A stretch of 64,000 nt of DNA from an uncultured bacterium (GCA_964250245.1 CAXUFI010000001.1:209-64208); one strand, 5' to 3'. Shown: positions 29,827 to 39,915, counted from the stretch's first letter. A program made the numbers and translations. The notes: a model not told the origin generated them from the sequence alone.

Positions 29827-30894
29827 CTGCTCGGGTATTTCAATGCGTGCCTGATTGAACGCTCTCGCTTAAAGGCGGTAGGGTTGTTTACCTTGCTCCG
29901 TCGACTGATTTGGGGTACTCGCTTGCGCGTGATGGCGCTCCTTGCGTTGGACAGGCGGACAAAGCCGCAGCATGGGCATTAACGTCCCGTAAGGAACGCC
30001 GTCAAACGGCCGCGCAGTTTACGAACGCGACGCAAGTGCTCGTCGCGAATACCGACCACGAGACGGCCATCGGCGATGCCGGCTACACAATCGCTCCGCG
30101 CGGCGCCGATAACACGCGTTGTACGTCGCTTATCGTCTTGACCTTCGTCGCAAAACAATCGTTCGGCGACACGTCATTCACCGCGCACATGCGAGGGATT
30201 CGAACGGTCCGGCGCTTCGTTACCGCGGTCTCGCAAGTCGTGCCGGCAGCACCGCTTGCCGGGAACCGCGGTACACGCGAAGATCTACAAGTCGCCTCCG
30301 CCGCCGTCGAAAGGGCCGGCGACGTGATCGCCCGCTACTACGAAAGCGCGGCGGGACGAGGGCCGGGCTGCGTACGGCAGATTGGCCTTTGAGCAGTATG
30401 GCTACGGCTACCATTTCGACCTAGACCGCGTGCATTGGACGAGCGACTTGGCCGTATCGGGCAGCGTGACGTGGGATCAATACAAGGGTCACGTCGTCGC
30501 CGACTTGCGGCTCGACCGGCCCAGCCACGCGGCCGCTCGAGCGTTACTGCGCTGAATCGAACGAACGACGCGCGTGTACGATCCGCGCACTTATCGACAA
30601 TTGTCCGGTTGTCGCTATCCAACCGGCTGCGTAACGGTGAAGCCACGCGCTGCAAGGTGGCCCGCTCGTACGCGCGACCCGGCGTTTCGTAGAAGCTCTT
30701 GCTCGGCCACGTTTCGTGGGTGATACTGCGGCCGTCGTTCCGCTCGGCTAAGACGCTTCTTCGCGGACCGACGTGCGTTCCGCACCGAGTGTAGCAGCGC
30801 TCAGAGCCGCAAGTATCGATCGACCCATCTTGAACGCTTCTTGCACGAAGAAAGATCTAGGACGTTATGCAATCGTGGGATGCCGTATCAGAGG

Positions 30895-31520
30895 TTTCCG
30901 GTAGCGGCGTTCCTCGAGGATTCGAGTACGAATCTTATCGACGTCGCCTCGTCCCTGGCAGCGAAGCAATGCAGCTTTCACGATCCGCCTTACGCACGCG
31001 AGACCGTCCGCCGGCTCGTTCCAGCGACGGTAACTCTGTATTCGCAGGTAGAGGGCGATCTCGCTCGACGCTTATCGAACGCGTACGACACGCTCGCCGT
31101 GCAAGGTCTCACCGACGTGTACTTCGTCAGCGCGGATATCGCGACGTTGCCGTTACGCTTATGTTGCGCACGCCTTCGCGACACTCGCCAGGCACGGGCG
31201 CCGTCGTCGGCCCGGCTTCGGACGGTGGCAACTATTTGATCGGCCTGCGTTCCGCATGCCCGCAGCTGTTCGAGCGGATCGATTGGAGCACGAGTCGCGT
31301 CTTCGCGCAGACCTGCGAGCGCGCGATCGAGCATGGCATGTCGCCCGCTACGCTTCCCGAGTAGTAGGACGTCGATGATGTCGTCGGGCTTGCGAGGCTA
31401 CGCGCGGAACTTTTCGATTCGCAGACGCCTTTCGTCCGCGGTGAACCGGCCCCGCGATCGAAGGCGTATCTCGTATCGTTAATGGCATCCGACCGGATGC
31501 CGCGAGCTACGCTCAAGTAA
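30895..31520 (+). pseudogene. DUF2064/TIGR04282-like glycosyltransferase pseudogene
   Basis: Lacks the N-terminal ~35 codons. Frameshift after ADIATLP. PEWYDVDD of the intact copy reads PE-TAG-TAG-DVDD here. Confidence 0.7.
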
Positions 31521-32333
31521 CGCGCCCTCTCGGTTGTCGCTCGCCCGCATTTGCGGCGAAGCGTAGCATCGCGCGGGCGGGAATGTCGAGCGGCACGATC
31601 GCCCGCGCCAACAGATAGTCCGTGTCGAGACGCCCGTCCCGCACGGTCGGCGTCCCGGGGCTCAAACACGCGCCTTCGGCCGTCAACGTCGATTCGGCGG
31701 GAAGTTCGTCGAACGCGACGTTCACCCCGAGCGCGTTATTTTGCGCACGCCCGCGACCGACGATCGGTCGCAACACGTGATCTTCATCGGGAATGCCGAG
31801 CGACCGATGGAGCCAGCACAGGCGCTCAAGGTCGGGTGTCTCCGTGTCTTCCACCGTCGACCCGACGCGCACGCGCAAGCCGGCGGCGCGTAGCTTCGGT
31901 ATCGCCGCCACCACGCTCGCGTAATTTGCCCGCCGCGCAATCCGTCGTTCGCATCGGCGTCGGCCGAATCGAGCGACATCTGAAGCGCGGGCGGAAGTCC
32001 GCCGAGCGGCCGTAATTCTGCGAGCAGCAGTTCGGTTAAGAGCGTCCCGTTGGTGAGCACAACCGTTGGAAGCCGCAGTGCCAAGTGCCGCAATATGCGC
32101 GGCATCGCCGGCAACATGAACGGTTCGCCTCCCGTAACTCCGAAAGCGGTAAAGCCGGGCGCGACGGCCTCATCCGCCGCCTCGATGATGCTGTCTTCGC
32201 TTAAGATGCGACGCGGCGCGTCGGGTTTCGACTCGGTGAGGCAATAGCGGCAAGCGAGACTGCAATGGTAGTTGGTGTAGAACCATAGCCGACCACCGAG
32301 CGCTTCAGACGCGATCGCCGCACCGACGTTCAC
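31513..32333 (-). pseudogene. Radical SAM pseudogene (paralog of 43388..44209)
   Basis: The N-terminal part (LWFYTNYHCSLACRYC...SLDSADADANDGLR) and the C-terminal part (VAAIPKLRAAGLRVRVGS...) lie in different frames. Confidence 0.7.
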
Positions 32334-32790
32334 GCGATTCCTATCCTGGTACACAAACGATTCAAAGGGATCGTCGTTCCCGCAAACGTCGCGAACTCGA
32401 CAATCTGATCGTCGCGGAAGAACGGCTTGAGAAGCGGTACGGCTTCGGCCGGCCGCACGCACATCGCTTCGGCAAAAACCGTTAACGCACGCTCGCCGGC
32501 GTTCATGGTCGATGGGAACGGGAGCCCCATACTGCAAACTCGCCGCTTCTTCTGCATAGAGTCCGGCTTCGACCGCGAGCGTCGCTTGGACGCGCATGCA
32601 ATCGCGGCACCCGTTCAGCGCGGACCCGCGTACGATGACGATTCTTTTAACCGTTCCGGGATCGCGGCGAGCATTTTGCGCGGGTCCGCAAGCACGAGAA
32701 TCTCATAGGCGGCGGCTTGTCCGTCCCCTCGCCTTTTGCTTGTCCGGCGAACTTTCCGTGTCGAATGCTTACTGCGACGACGGCTCGAGG
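32330..32790 (-). pseudogene. CMD/AhpD-like (CxxC) pseudogene (paralog of 44206..44700)
   Basis: Pieces in three frames are collinear with the intact copy: AGQAKGEGTD.., IVIVRGSALNGCRDCMRVQA.., FPSTMNAGERALTVFAEAMCVRPAEAV... The upper boundary is approximate. Confidence 0.55.
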
Positions 32791-32825
32791 CAATAAAAGC
32801 GCGCAGTGCCGCCCGCGAGGCTGCT

Positions 32826-33623
32826 CTAGTTTGCGAGCAGCGACGGACTGAGGTGCCGGCGTCCGGACGTATCCAAGCGTTCGTCCCAAGCAGCGAGCAA
32901 CGTTATGGCGCGATTACCTACCGCGATGGCGTTACGAATCGCATACGAGACGTCGCGGCGCTCGCCCGTCGCGCGATTCGACTCGACGGAACACACGCTG
33001 CCGCAGCGACGCTTGAGCAAGCTGCCGAGAACGAACAGCGCCGCCGCTTCCATTTCGAATGTCAGTACGCCGTAAGCGCGCATGCGCTCCACGACTCCGC
33101 GAGAGGGCAGCTCGATTTCTACCGGTAACGCGTTGCCCTGGCCGGCGAAGAACGAGTCGGTGCTCGCGGTTAAACCGACGGCGTACGGTAAGCCGAGTTG
33201 TTCGCATGCTTCGACGAGCGCGAACGTGACGACGCGATCGGCGATAGCCGGAAACTCCGGCTCGCAGTAAGCATTCGGGCCGCCGACGAGTCGCACGGCC
33301 CCTTCGTGAATGACGAGCGTCCCGAGTTCGACCTCCGGCTGGATCGCGCCGCACATGCCGACGCGAATGAACGTGTCGCTCCCGGCAACCGAAAGTTCGA
33401 CGAGTGCGATCTCGGCCGACGGCGCACCGATCCCGGTCGAACACGCTCCGAGCGCGACGCCGTCGAGGCTGCCGCGTGCGAAGCGGAACTCGCGATTGAA
33501 CGAAACTTCTTCGAAGCCGTCCCACGTCGAGGCGATCGTTGGAACGCGCCCCGGATCTCCCGGCATCAGCATGTAGCGCGGGGCGCGCTCTTCCCCGGTA
33601 AGAACGTGGGCTTTGAACGTCAT
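32826..33623 (-). CDS. Nucleoside phosphorylase (PNP/UDP family 1, uridine-phosphorylase-like)
   Basis: 265 aa. PGDPGR, CSTGIGAPS, RVGMCGA and FEMEAAALF motifs. Its ATG overlaps the upstream stop (ATGA). Confidence 0.8.
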   Translation of the reverse strand: MTFKAHVLTGEERAPRYMLMPGDPGRVPTIASTWDGFEEVSFNREFRFARGSLDGVALGACSTGIGAPSAEIALVELSVAGSDTFIRVGMCGAIQPEVELGTLVIHEGAVRLVGGPNAYCEPEFPAIADRVVTFALVEACEQLGLPYAVGLTASTDSFFAGQGNALPVEIELPSRGVVERMRAYGVLTFEMEAAALFVLGSLLKRRCGSVCSVESNRATGERRDVSYAIRNAIAVGNRAITLLAAWDERLDTSGRRHLSPSLLAN

Positions 33624-34732
33624 GCGATGCTCCTTGCGATGACCGCGACCGGGCCGCCGCCGGGCGGCCCTTGGTGTTCGGCGCCTCCCGAGACGTAGAT
33701 CGCCGCCGTTCCCGCGAGTCCCGCGAGCAGACCCCCGAGCGCGGCTCGCGCGTGTCGCGTCGCGCTGATGTCGGTATCGTCGAGCATCGTGTGACGCGCG
33801 CCACGAATCGTTCCATCGGGCGACGCTTCGGCTTTCGCAAACACGTTAACGATGCGTTCGGGCGGCGTGCCGGCGAACGCTTTCGCCGCACCTGCGAGAT
33901 CGATCGCGTCGTCCATCACCGAGTGCGCGATCGTGAGCGCGCCCGGCACCCCCGGCGCGTTACCCATTACGATAATCACATTACGCAGCAACTCTATTCC
34001 GGCCGATGTTGAGGCAACGCCCGACGTAAGCTCCCACGCGGCCAGCACGGCGTCGTCCGCAATCGGTCCGTGCACTTCGCCGAGCGCGAGCGCGACCCCG
34101 AGCGCGGAAGCCCCGCGGGAATACGCCATCGAATGGTAGGCATCGCCCGTTGCGGTCGCGCGACCCCGTCGCTTCGCCTCTTCGACGCGCGCCGCGGTCA
34201 GCAACGGACACTTGATTTGCACGAAATGAACGTCGCCGGCGTGCGCGATGCCGGCATCCCGCACGGCCGCTCTAACCGCGCGTGCCGTTTCGTCGATTTG
34301 CGCGTGCCGCCCGATCTCTTCGGGCAAGAAGTCTCGCGTGGTGGCGATGCCGATCGCGAGCCGCGGTTGGCCCGAGGGTGCGGAACCATCGGGAACGCGC
34401 GCGAACACGGTAAGGTGCGGACTGAGCACGCCTTCGGTTCCGCCCGACATAACGATCGCGACGCGCGCATCGACATCGGCTCGCGCGACGTCGAGCCGTT
34501 CGGCAATCAACGAAGCGGTAACGTGGTGCGCGTACTCGCGCGTGAAATCGTTGACCCCGCCGTTGCCTTCGGTTTTTCCGAGAATCGCGACGATGTGTCG
34601 CGCATCCACCTGCCCGTCGTCGAGTGCGCGGCGCAATGCGGAAACGTCACCCGGGCCGCTCGTCGCAAAGCGGAAGACGTCTGCTCGATATGCGGTCACG
34701 CCGGAATGTTCGCTCGCGCGATCCCTATGCAT
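33620..34732 (-). CDS. Ring-opening amidohydrolase of the AtzD/TrzD cyanuric acid hydrolase - barbiturase family
   Basis: KTEGNGGVNDFTR, MSGGTEG, VQIKCPLLT, SRGASALG and SGGAEHQGPPGGGP. The three-fold repeat signature of this family is recognisable. The exact start is uncertain. Confidence 0.85.
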   Translation of the reverse strand: MHRDRASEHSGVTAYRADVFRFATSGPGDVSALRRALDDGQVDARHIVAILGKTEGNGGVNDFTREYAHHVTASLIAERLDVARADVDARVAIVMSGGTEGVLSPHLTVFARVPDGSAPSGQPRLAIGIATTRDFLPEEIGRHAQIDETARAVRAAVRDAGIAHAGDVHFVQIKCPLLTAARVEEAKRRGRATATGDAYHSMAYSRGASALGVALALGEVHGPIADDAVLAAWELTSGVASTSAGIELLRNVIIVMGNAPGVPGALTIAHSVMDDAIDLAGAAKAFAGTPPERIVNVFAKAEASPDGTIRGARHTMLDDTDISATRHARAALGGLLAGLAGTAAIYVSGGAEHQGPPGGGPVAVIARSIA

Positions 34733-34753
34733 CTCGCCATCCGCTTACTGCTT

Positions 34754-36115
34754 TCACGACGCGATGAGCGTGCGTACGACAACGCCGGCGGCAGCCGACA
34801 GTCGCGCGAGGTCGACGCCCACGACGGCGCCGTTTCCGACGACGATACGGCCGGAAGCGAGCACCGTCCGCGCGCCTGCGCTCCCACAGATGATCGGGCC
34901 GACCGCCGGATCGTGCAGGCCGGCGTAGCGCGGATGGTCGAGCGAGAAAATCGCAAGATCGGCGATCTGGCCCGGTGAGATCGTGCCGAGCGCGGACAAA
35001 CCGAGCACGTCTGCGCCGCCGGCCGTGCTCCAGCGGACGACGTCCTCGGGGCGCAAGGCCGCAGCCCCGGAAACGGCGCGCTGCGCGAGCCATGCGGCGT
35101 GGACTTCGCTCGGCATGTCGGCGGCTTCGTTCGAGGCTGCACCATCGACGCCGAGCGAAACGCTTACGCCGCGTGCGTCGAAGCGAACGGCCGCCGCCGT
35201 ACCCGCGCCGAGTCGCGCGTTGCTCTGCGAGCAGAGCGCGATGCCGGTTCCGGCTCGCGCGAGTTCGTCCGCTTCGCTCGAATCCACGTGAACCGCGTGC
35301 GCGAACCATACGTCGCGCCCGCTCCAGCCGTGCCGCGCGAGCCACGGCACCGGCCGTTCGCCGTAACGTTCTTCGCAGAACGCGACGGAAGCGGCCGTTT
35401 CGGAGAGATGCGTATGCAACATGATACCGAGCGAACGTGCGGCAACGGCGATTTCGCGCAGCTCGTGCGGTGCGATCGAGCCGAACGGCAGGTTCGGTGC
35501 GAACGCGACGCGACGCATCGCATCCGGAGCCGGATCGTGGTATCGCTCGGTGAGTTCCGAGACGCGGCGCAGCATCGTGTCGAGCGATTCCGAGGGCAGC
35601 GGACGCAGGTGCGCACCGCAGACCTCGGCCGCAAGGGTAGCCCCGCCGCGCGCGAGCACGAGGCGCAGTCCGAGCCGTTCCGCGACCGCGAAGAGTACGT
35701 CTGCGGCCTCCGTCGTATCGTCTTCGCCATACATGAGATGATGGTCGACGGCGGTCGTCGTTCCGCCGAGCAGCAGCTCCACGACGGCAATCGTCGCGGC
35801 GATCTCCAGGGCAGCCGTGTCGATGCGGTACCAGTAGCGGAACAACACTTCGCGCGCCCAGTCCTCGAGCGGTCGCGAAAGTCCCGCCGGCACGCCCTTG
35901 AGCACGCTTTGAGCGAAGTGATGATGCGTGCTGATCGAACCCGGATACACGACGCAATCCGTCGCGTCGATCGTTCGTTCGTGCGGGATACGCTCGATCC
36001 GGCCGAGCGCGACGATGCGGCCCGCGCGAATGTGAATGTCGCCCGTGGCGCGCTCTTGCAGGCCCGGCCGGCCTGTGAGAATGGCGCTCGCGTTTCGAAT
36101 GACGGTGTCGGTCAT
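34754..36115 (-). CDS. Amidohydrolase-superfamily deaminase (8-oxoguanine deaminase / chlorohydrolase-like, COG0402 type)
   Basis: 453 aa. PGSISTHHHFAQ, GGTTTAVDH, HTHLSET, AHAVH and GVDGAASN metal-ligand pattern. Confidence 0.8.
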   Translation of the reverse strand: MTDTVIRNASAILTGRPGLQERATGDIHIRAGRIVALGRIERIPHERTIDATDCVVYPGSISTHHHFAQSVLKGVPAGLSRPLEDWAREVLFRYWYRIDTAALEIAATIAVVELLLGGTTTAVDHHLMYGEDDTTEAADVLFAVAERLGLRLVLARGGATLAAEVCGAHLRPLPSESLDTMLRRVSELTERYHDPAPDAMRRVAFAPNLPFGSIAPHELREIAVAARSLGIMLHTHLSETAASVAFCEERYGERPVPWLARHGWSGRDVWFAHAVHVDSSEADELARAGTGIALCSQSNARLGAGTAAAVRFDARGVSVSLGVDGAASNEAADMPSEVHAAWLAQRAVSGAAALRPEDVVRWSTAGGADVLGLSALGTISPGQIADLAIFSLDHPRYAGLHDPAVGPIICGSAGARTVLASGRIVVGNGAVVGVDLARLSAAAGVVVRTLIAS

Positions 36116-37446
36116 GCGACCGCGCGAACGAGTCTTCGTGCGAGGGCGGCGAGGGCACGATCCGCGAACGCGGGACCGATTAACGTAACGCCGATCGGCA
36201 CGCCGTTCGCATAGCGATCCGATGGAAGCGCTACGGCACAGAGATCGAATAAATTAACGAAGTTCGTGTACGTGCCGAGCGTGGCATTGGTTCGGTATGG
36301 GTCGGCTGCGACCTCAGCGAGCGTGTAGATCGTCGGCGACGTCGGCACGAGCATCACCGGAACGGTACGGAAAAGCGCGTCGCTCGCGCGGCGCAAATCG
36401 CGCACGCGATATTGTGCGCGAAACGCATCGATCGCGCTGAAGCGGCGGCCGCCCGCGACGATCGTGCGCGTCACTTCGAGCAATGCAGCGGGATGCGCGT
36501 CGGCGAAGTCGCCGATCGCGGCCGTGCGTTCCGCAACGAACGCGTCTTCGTACAAGAGTCGCCCGGCCTCCGCAAACGGCGCGAAATCGAAGGCAACGGT
36601 TTCGCATCCGCTTCGCTCGAGGCGCGCGACCGCGCGGTCGAACGCCGCCTCGGCTTCGTCGTCCCCGCAAAAAACGCGGCCCGCCTGCGTGGGCACCGCA
36701 AAGCGAAACCGCTCGCCGCTCGGTGCGCTCGGGAACGTCGCTGCTCGCGAGTAGGGTTCGCGTGCATCGAACCCCGCGAGTGCCGCGAACACGGCTTCCG
36801 CGTCGTCGACGGCCGGAGCGAAGATCGAGACGCAATCGAGCGAACGGCACGCCGGCACGACGCCGGCCGCGCTCACCACACCGAACGTCGGTTTCAAGCC
36901 GACGATGCCGTTGAAGCCCGCCGGAATGCGTCCCGAACCTGCGGTATCCGTTCCGAGCGCGAAACTCACGAGTCCCCGGGCCACTGCCGTTGCCGAGCCC
37001 GAACTCGAGCCGCCCGGAATATAGCGCCCGTCGAACGGATTACTCGGAATGCCGTAGGGCGAGCGCGTGCCGACGAGACCCGTCGCGAACTGATCGAGAT
37101 TCGTCTTGCCGACGAGCATCGCGCCCGCTGCCTCCAAGCGTTCGACGACCGTCGCCGAGCGTTCGGGTACGTATGCGAACGCAGGACAGCCGGCCGTCGT
37201 CGGCATGCCCGCAACGTCGATGTTGTCTTTAACCGCGAACGGCAAACCGAAGAGCGGGAATGCGGCGCGACGGTCGCGCGGTACGGCATCGAGAACGCGC
37301 GCCCGTTCGAGCAGCGTTTCGGTCGTGACGCGCGCGATCCAAATGGCCGCGTCGCTCGCATCCGCAGCCGCCAGCGTCCGCACGGCGACCTCCGTCACAC
37401 GTTCGCCCGCGGCGTAGGCCGCGCCGAGCGACGGGCGATCGTTCAT
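36112..37446 (-). CDS. Amidase-signature enzyme, allophanate-hydrolase-like (amidase domain only)
   Basis: 444 aa. GLPFAVKDNIDVAGMPTTAGCPAFAY, GKTNLDQFATGLVGTRSPYG, GGSSSGSA and GTDTAGSGRIPA. Lacks the ~150-aa C-terminal domain of full-length AtzF-type enzymes. Confidence 0.8.
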   Translation of the reverse strand: MNDRPSLGAAYAAGERVTEVAVRTLAAADASDAAIWIARVTTETLLERARVLDAVPRDRRAAFPLFGLPFAVKDNIDVAGMPTTAGCPAFAYVPERSATVVERLEAAGAMLVGKTNLDQFATGLVGTRSPYGIPSNPFDGRYIPGGSSSGSATAVARGLVSFALGTDTAGSGRIPAGFNGIVGLKPTFGVVSAAGVVPACRSLDCVSIFAPAVDDAEAVFAALAGFDAREPYSRAATFPSAPSGERFRFAVPTQAGRVFCGDDEAEAAFDRAVARLERSGCETVAFDFAPFAEAGRLLYEDAFVAERTAAIGDFADAHPAALLEVTRTIVAGGRRFSAIDAFRAQYRVRDLRRASDALFRTVPVMLVPTSPTIYTLAEVAADPYRTNATLGTYTNFVNLFDLCAVALPSDRYANGVPIGVTLIGPAFADRALAALARRLVRAVA

Positions 37447-38777
37447 CCTGCGACCGGTACGTTTCCGGCGCCCACCGCGCCGGATTCTTCGAGCGTTTGC
37501 GCGAGAGCGAAGAGTGTCGCCTCGCTCCCCGGAGGCCCGATCAGTTGAACGCCGACGGGCAGCCGCCCGGCCCGGACCACCGGAACCGTAAGGACGGGTA
37601 CGCCGGCGAACGAGATCGGTTGCGTGAATGCACCGGCATTCGAGCGAATGTCGCTCGTGACGCCGTCGAGCGCGATCGTCGTTTGCCCGACGAGCGTCGC
37701 CGGATACGGCGTGGCCGGTGCGAGCAACACGTCATACGACACGAAGATTTCTCGCAACGCCGAGCGCACGTGCGTCCGAAAGCGCTGCGCGAGAACGTAC
37801 CAGCCGGCCGGTACGAGTGCGCCCGCGAGCAGGCGGTCGCGTACGGCCGGATCGTAGGCGCTCGCATGTTCGCGCAAACGACGCAGATGGAGTTGACCCG
37901 CTTCCGCAGCGGTGATGACGAATGCCGCTTTACGCGCGCGCTCCGCTTCTTCGAAGACGACCGTCGCCCCGCCGCCGAGCGCTTGCGCCACCGAGTCGAC
38001 GGCTTCGCGCGCTTCGGGCGTGAGGGCGGTATCGAAGTATCCGCCTAAACGTGCGACGCGTAAGCCCGTCGCGTCCACGGCTCGGACCGCCGTCGTATCG
38101 GCGAGTGCGGCGTAGGCCGCGCGCAAGTCGGCGGCGTTACGCGCGAACGGTCCGATCGCATCCAAACTATTCACGAACGGAAACGCACCTGCGCGCGAGA
38201 GCGTGCCGAATGTCGGCCGTACACCGAAGATGCCGCACAGCGCCGCCGGGACCCGAATCGAACCGTTGGTGTCCGATCCGAGCGAGAGCGGCACGATGCC
38301 GGCGGCAACGGCGGACGCAGATCCGCCGGACGAGCCGCCGGCAATCCGGGCGCGGTCGTGCGGATTGCGCGTCGTGCCGTCATGCGCGTTCTCGGTGGTA
38401 AATCCGTACGCAAACTCATCCATGTTCGTAAGGCCGATTAGGATTGCGCCCGCGCGTTCGAGCGCCGCAATGGCGTCGGCATCGCGGGCGGCCGGTGGAT
38501 CCCTGGCGGTTACCGTGGCTCCCGCTCGCGTGACCGAACCCGCCACGTCGAAGAGGTTTTTCGCTGCGAACGGCACGCCCGCAAGCGGACCGGGATCCGT
38601 GCCCGCGGCGACCTGCGCGTCGATAGACGTCGCCCGCGCGAGCGCTCGTTCATCCAGCGTCGACGTGAACGCATTTAACGTCGCACTCGCGCGGACGGCC
38701 TGCAGCGCGGCCGTAACGATCTCTCGCGCCGACGTTCGGCGGGCGCCGACGTCGGCGGCGATGCTCGAAGCGCTCAC
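37443..38777 (-). CDS. AtzE-family amidase (1-carboxybiuret hydrolase-like)
   Basis: 444 aa. GLTNMDEFAYGFTTENAHDGTTRNPHD and IAGGSSGGSASAVAAG match my recollection of the AtzE family. 4-nt overlaps on both sides. Confidence 0.8.
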   Translation of the reverse strand: MSASSIAADVGARRTSAREIVTAALQAVRASATLNAFTSTLDERALARATSIDAQVAAGTDPGPLAGVPFAAKNLFDVAGSVTRAGATVTARDPPAARDADAIAALERAGAILIGLTNMDEFAYGFTTENAHDGTTRNPHDRARIAGGSSGGSASAVAAGIVPLSLGSDTNGSIRVPAALCGIFGVRPTFGTLSRAGAFPFVNSLDAIGPFARNAADLRAAYAALADTTAVRAVDATGLRVARLGGYFDTALTPEAREAVDSVAQALGGGATVVFEEAERARKAAFVITAAEAGQLHLRRLREHASAYDPAVRDRLLAGALVPAGWYVLAQRFRTHVRSALREIFVSYDVLLAPATPYPATLVGQTTIALDGVTSDIRSNAGAFTQPISFAGVPVLTVPVVRAGRLPVGVQLIGPPGSEATLFALAQTLEESGAVGAGNVPVAG

Positions 38778-38959
38778 GGGGTGAAAGCGGCGGCGATCTC
38801 GACGTCGTCCGCGAGTCCGAACGCGGCGACGTCTGCGGCGTACGCGGCGATTCGTTCCATCACGGTGATGACCGTTGCGCGATATCCTGCTGCAATCGGC
38901 AACTCGAGCGCCCGCGCACTCGCATCGACAAAATCTGCGATCGCATCGTCGTCGTTCAT
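38774..38959 (-). CDS. AtzG-like small subunit (DUF4089)
   Basis: 61 aa. FVDASARALELPIAAGYRATV...ERIAAYAADVAAFGLADDVEIAAAFTP. The size, position immediately upstream of the AtzE-like gene and the ...FTP ending fit DUF4089/AtzG. Confidence 0.6.
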   Translation of the reverse strand: MNDDDAIADFVDASARALELPIAAGYRATVITVMERIAAYAADVAAFGLADDVEIAAAFTP

Positions 38960-39108
38960 GCCCTCGGGCGTTCTACAAGCCGCGCGTTATGTCTGGCTCG
39001 AGCGCACAAACATCGCTTCGCGCACGCTGCACTCGGCCAGCGGAGCGCGCCGGGAATGGGGCGCTGGGGCCGATTCGCGCGGTCGTCTTCGATCTTTTCG
39101 GAACTCTC

Positions 39109-39915
39109 CTAGCGGAACGTAACCGACGCCGCGCCGAGGCCTGCGATACGGGCTTCGATAACGTCGCCCGGGCGGACCGCAATGGCATCCGTGATCGCGC
39201 CGCTCAAGATAACGTCGCCTGCTTCGGCCCGGTGTCCGTGCGTCTGAAGGTGTGCGGCGAGCGCCGTGAGCGCGTTGAGCGGATCGCCGAGGACGTCGGC
39301 GGTCGAGCCCGCGAGGATCACGATTCCGTTGCGCAGGAGTTCCGTCGAGAGGTTGCCATAGTTCGGTGCGTTCGCAAGCGCGATCGACGGCGCGAGCACG
39401 TAGGCAGCCGACGACGTGTTGTCGGCGACGAGTTCGACTGCGGTACGCACGCCCGAACCGTACCGGCTATCGGTAATTTCTAAAGCGGGTGCGATCGCGG
39501 CGACGCTTGCGGCGAGCGCCTCGCGATCCATCGTCGCGTCGATCGTGCGCGCGAGCACGATTGCAATCTCCGGTTCCGCACGCGGCGCGATGAGCGATGT
39601 GTAGGAGAACTCCGCTCCGTCGAGCAGCTCTGCGCCTGCGAATAGCCGCCCGAAGAGCGGATGATCGATGCCAATGACGCGTTGTTTGACGCGGCTCGTA
39701 ATGCCGAGCTTCCAACCGCGAAGGATCGAGCCGGCCGCGGTACGGCGTGCCACGAGCGCGTCCTGTACGGCGTACGCGCCGTTCAGGCTCAAGCCGGCCA
39801 GCCGTTCCGGCGGCACGATGCCACGGCGTGCGGCATAGGCCTCGAAAAGAACGTCGGCGAGTGCTGCGATCGTTGCGTCAGGTTTCTGCGGACGGCGTTC
39901 AGGTGCTTGCGACAC
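39109..39915 (-). CDS. FAH-superfamily 2-keto-4-pentenoate hydratase / 4-oxalocrotonate decarboxylase-like protein
   Basis: 268 aa. GWKLGITSRVKQRVIGIDHPLFGRL is the MhpD/XylJ/XylI-type motif. Confidence 0.75.
   Translation of the reverse strand: MSQAPERRPQKPDATIAALADVLFEAYAARRGIVPPERLAGLSLNGAYAVQDALVARRTAAGSILRGWKLGITSRVKQRVIGIDHPLFGRLFAGAELLDGAEFSYTSLIAPRAEPEIAIVLARTIDATMDREALAASVAAIAPALEITDSRYGSGVRTAVELVADNTSSAAYVLAPSIALANAPNYGNLSTELLRNGIVILAGSTADVLGDPLNALTALAAHLQTHGHRAEAGDVILSGAITDAIAVRPGDVIEARIAGLGAASVTFR

Larger units (their letters stand above)
30905..32790. repeat. Decayed copy (R1) of a ~1.9-kb segment duplicated at 42779..44700
   Basis: Collinear nucleotide and protein similarity to R2, roughly 85-90% identity in the stretches compared by eye. 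Same orientation, including the same 8-nt convergent gene overlap. Confidence 0.8.

Noticed and set aside
29910-30392. A 160-aa plus-strand ORF considered as a real gene.
   Set aside because: No start context, no motifs, and a composition like the off-frames. The surrounding region looks like eroded sequence.
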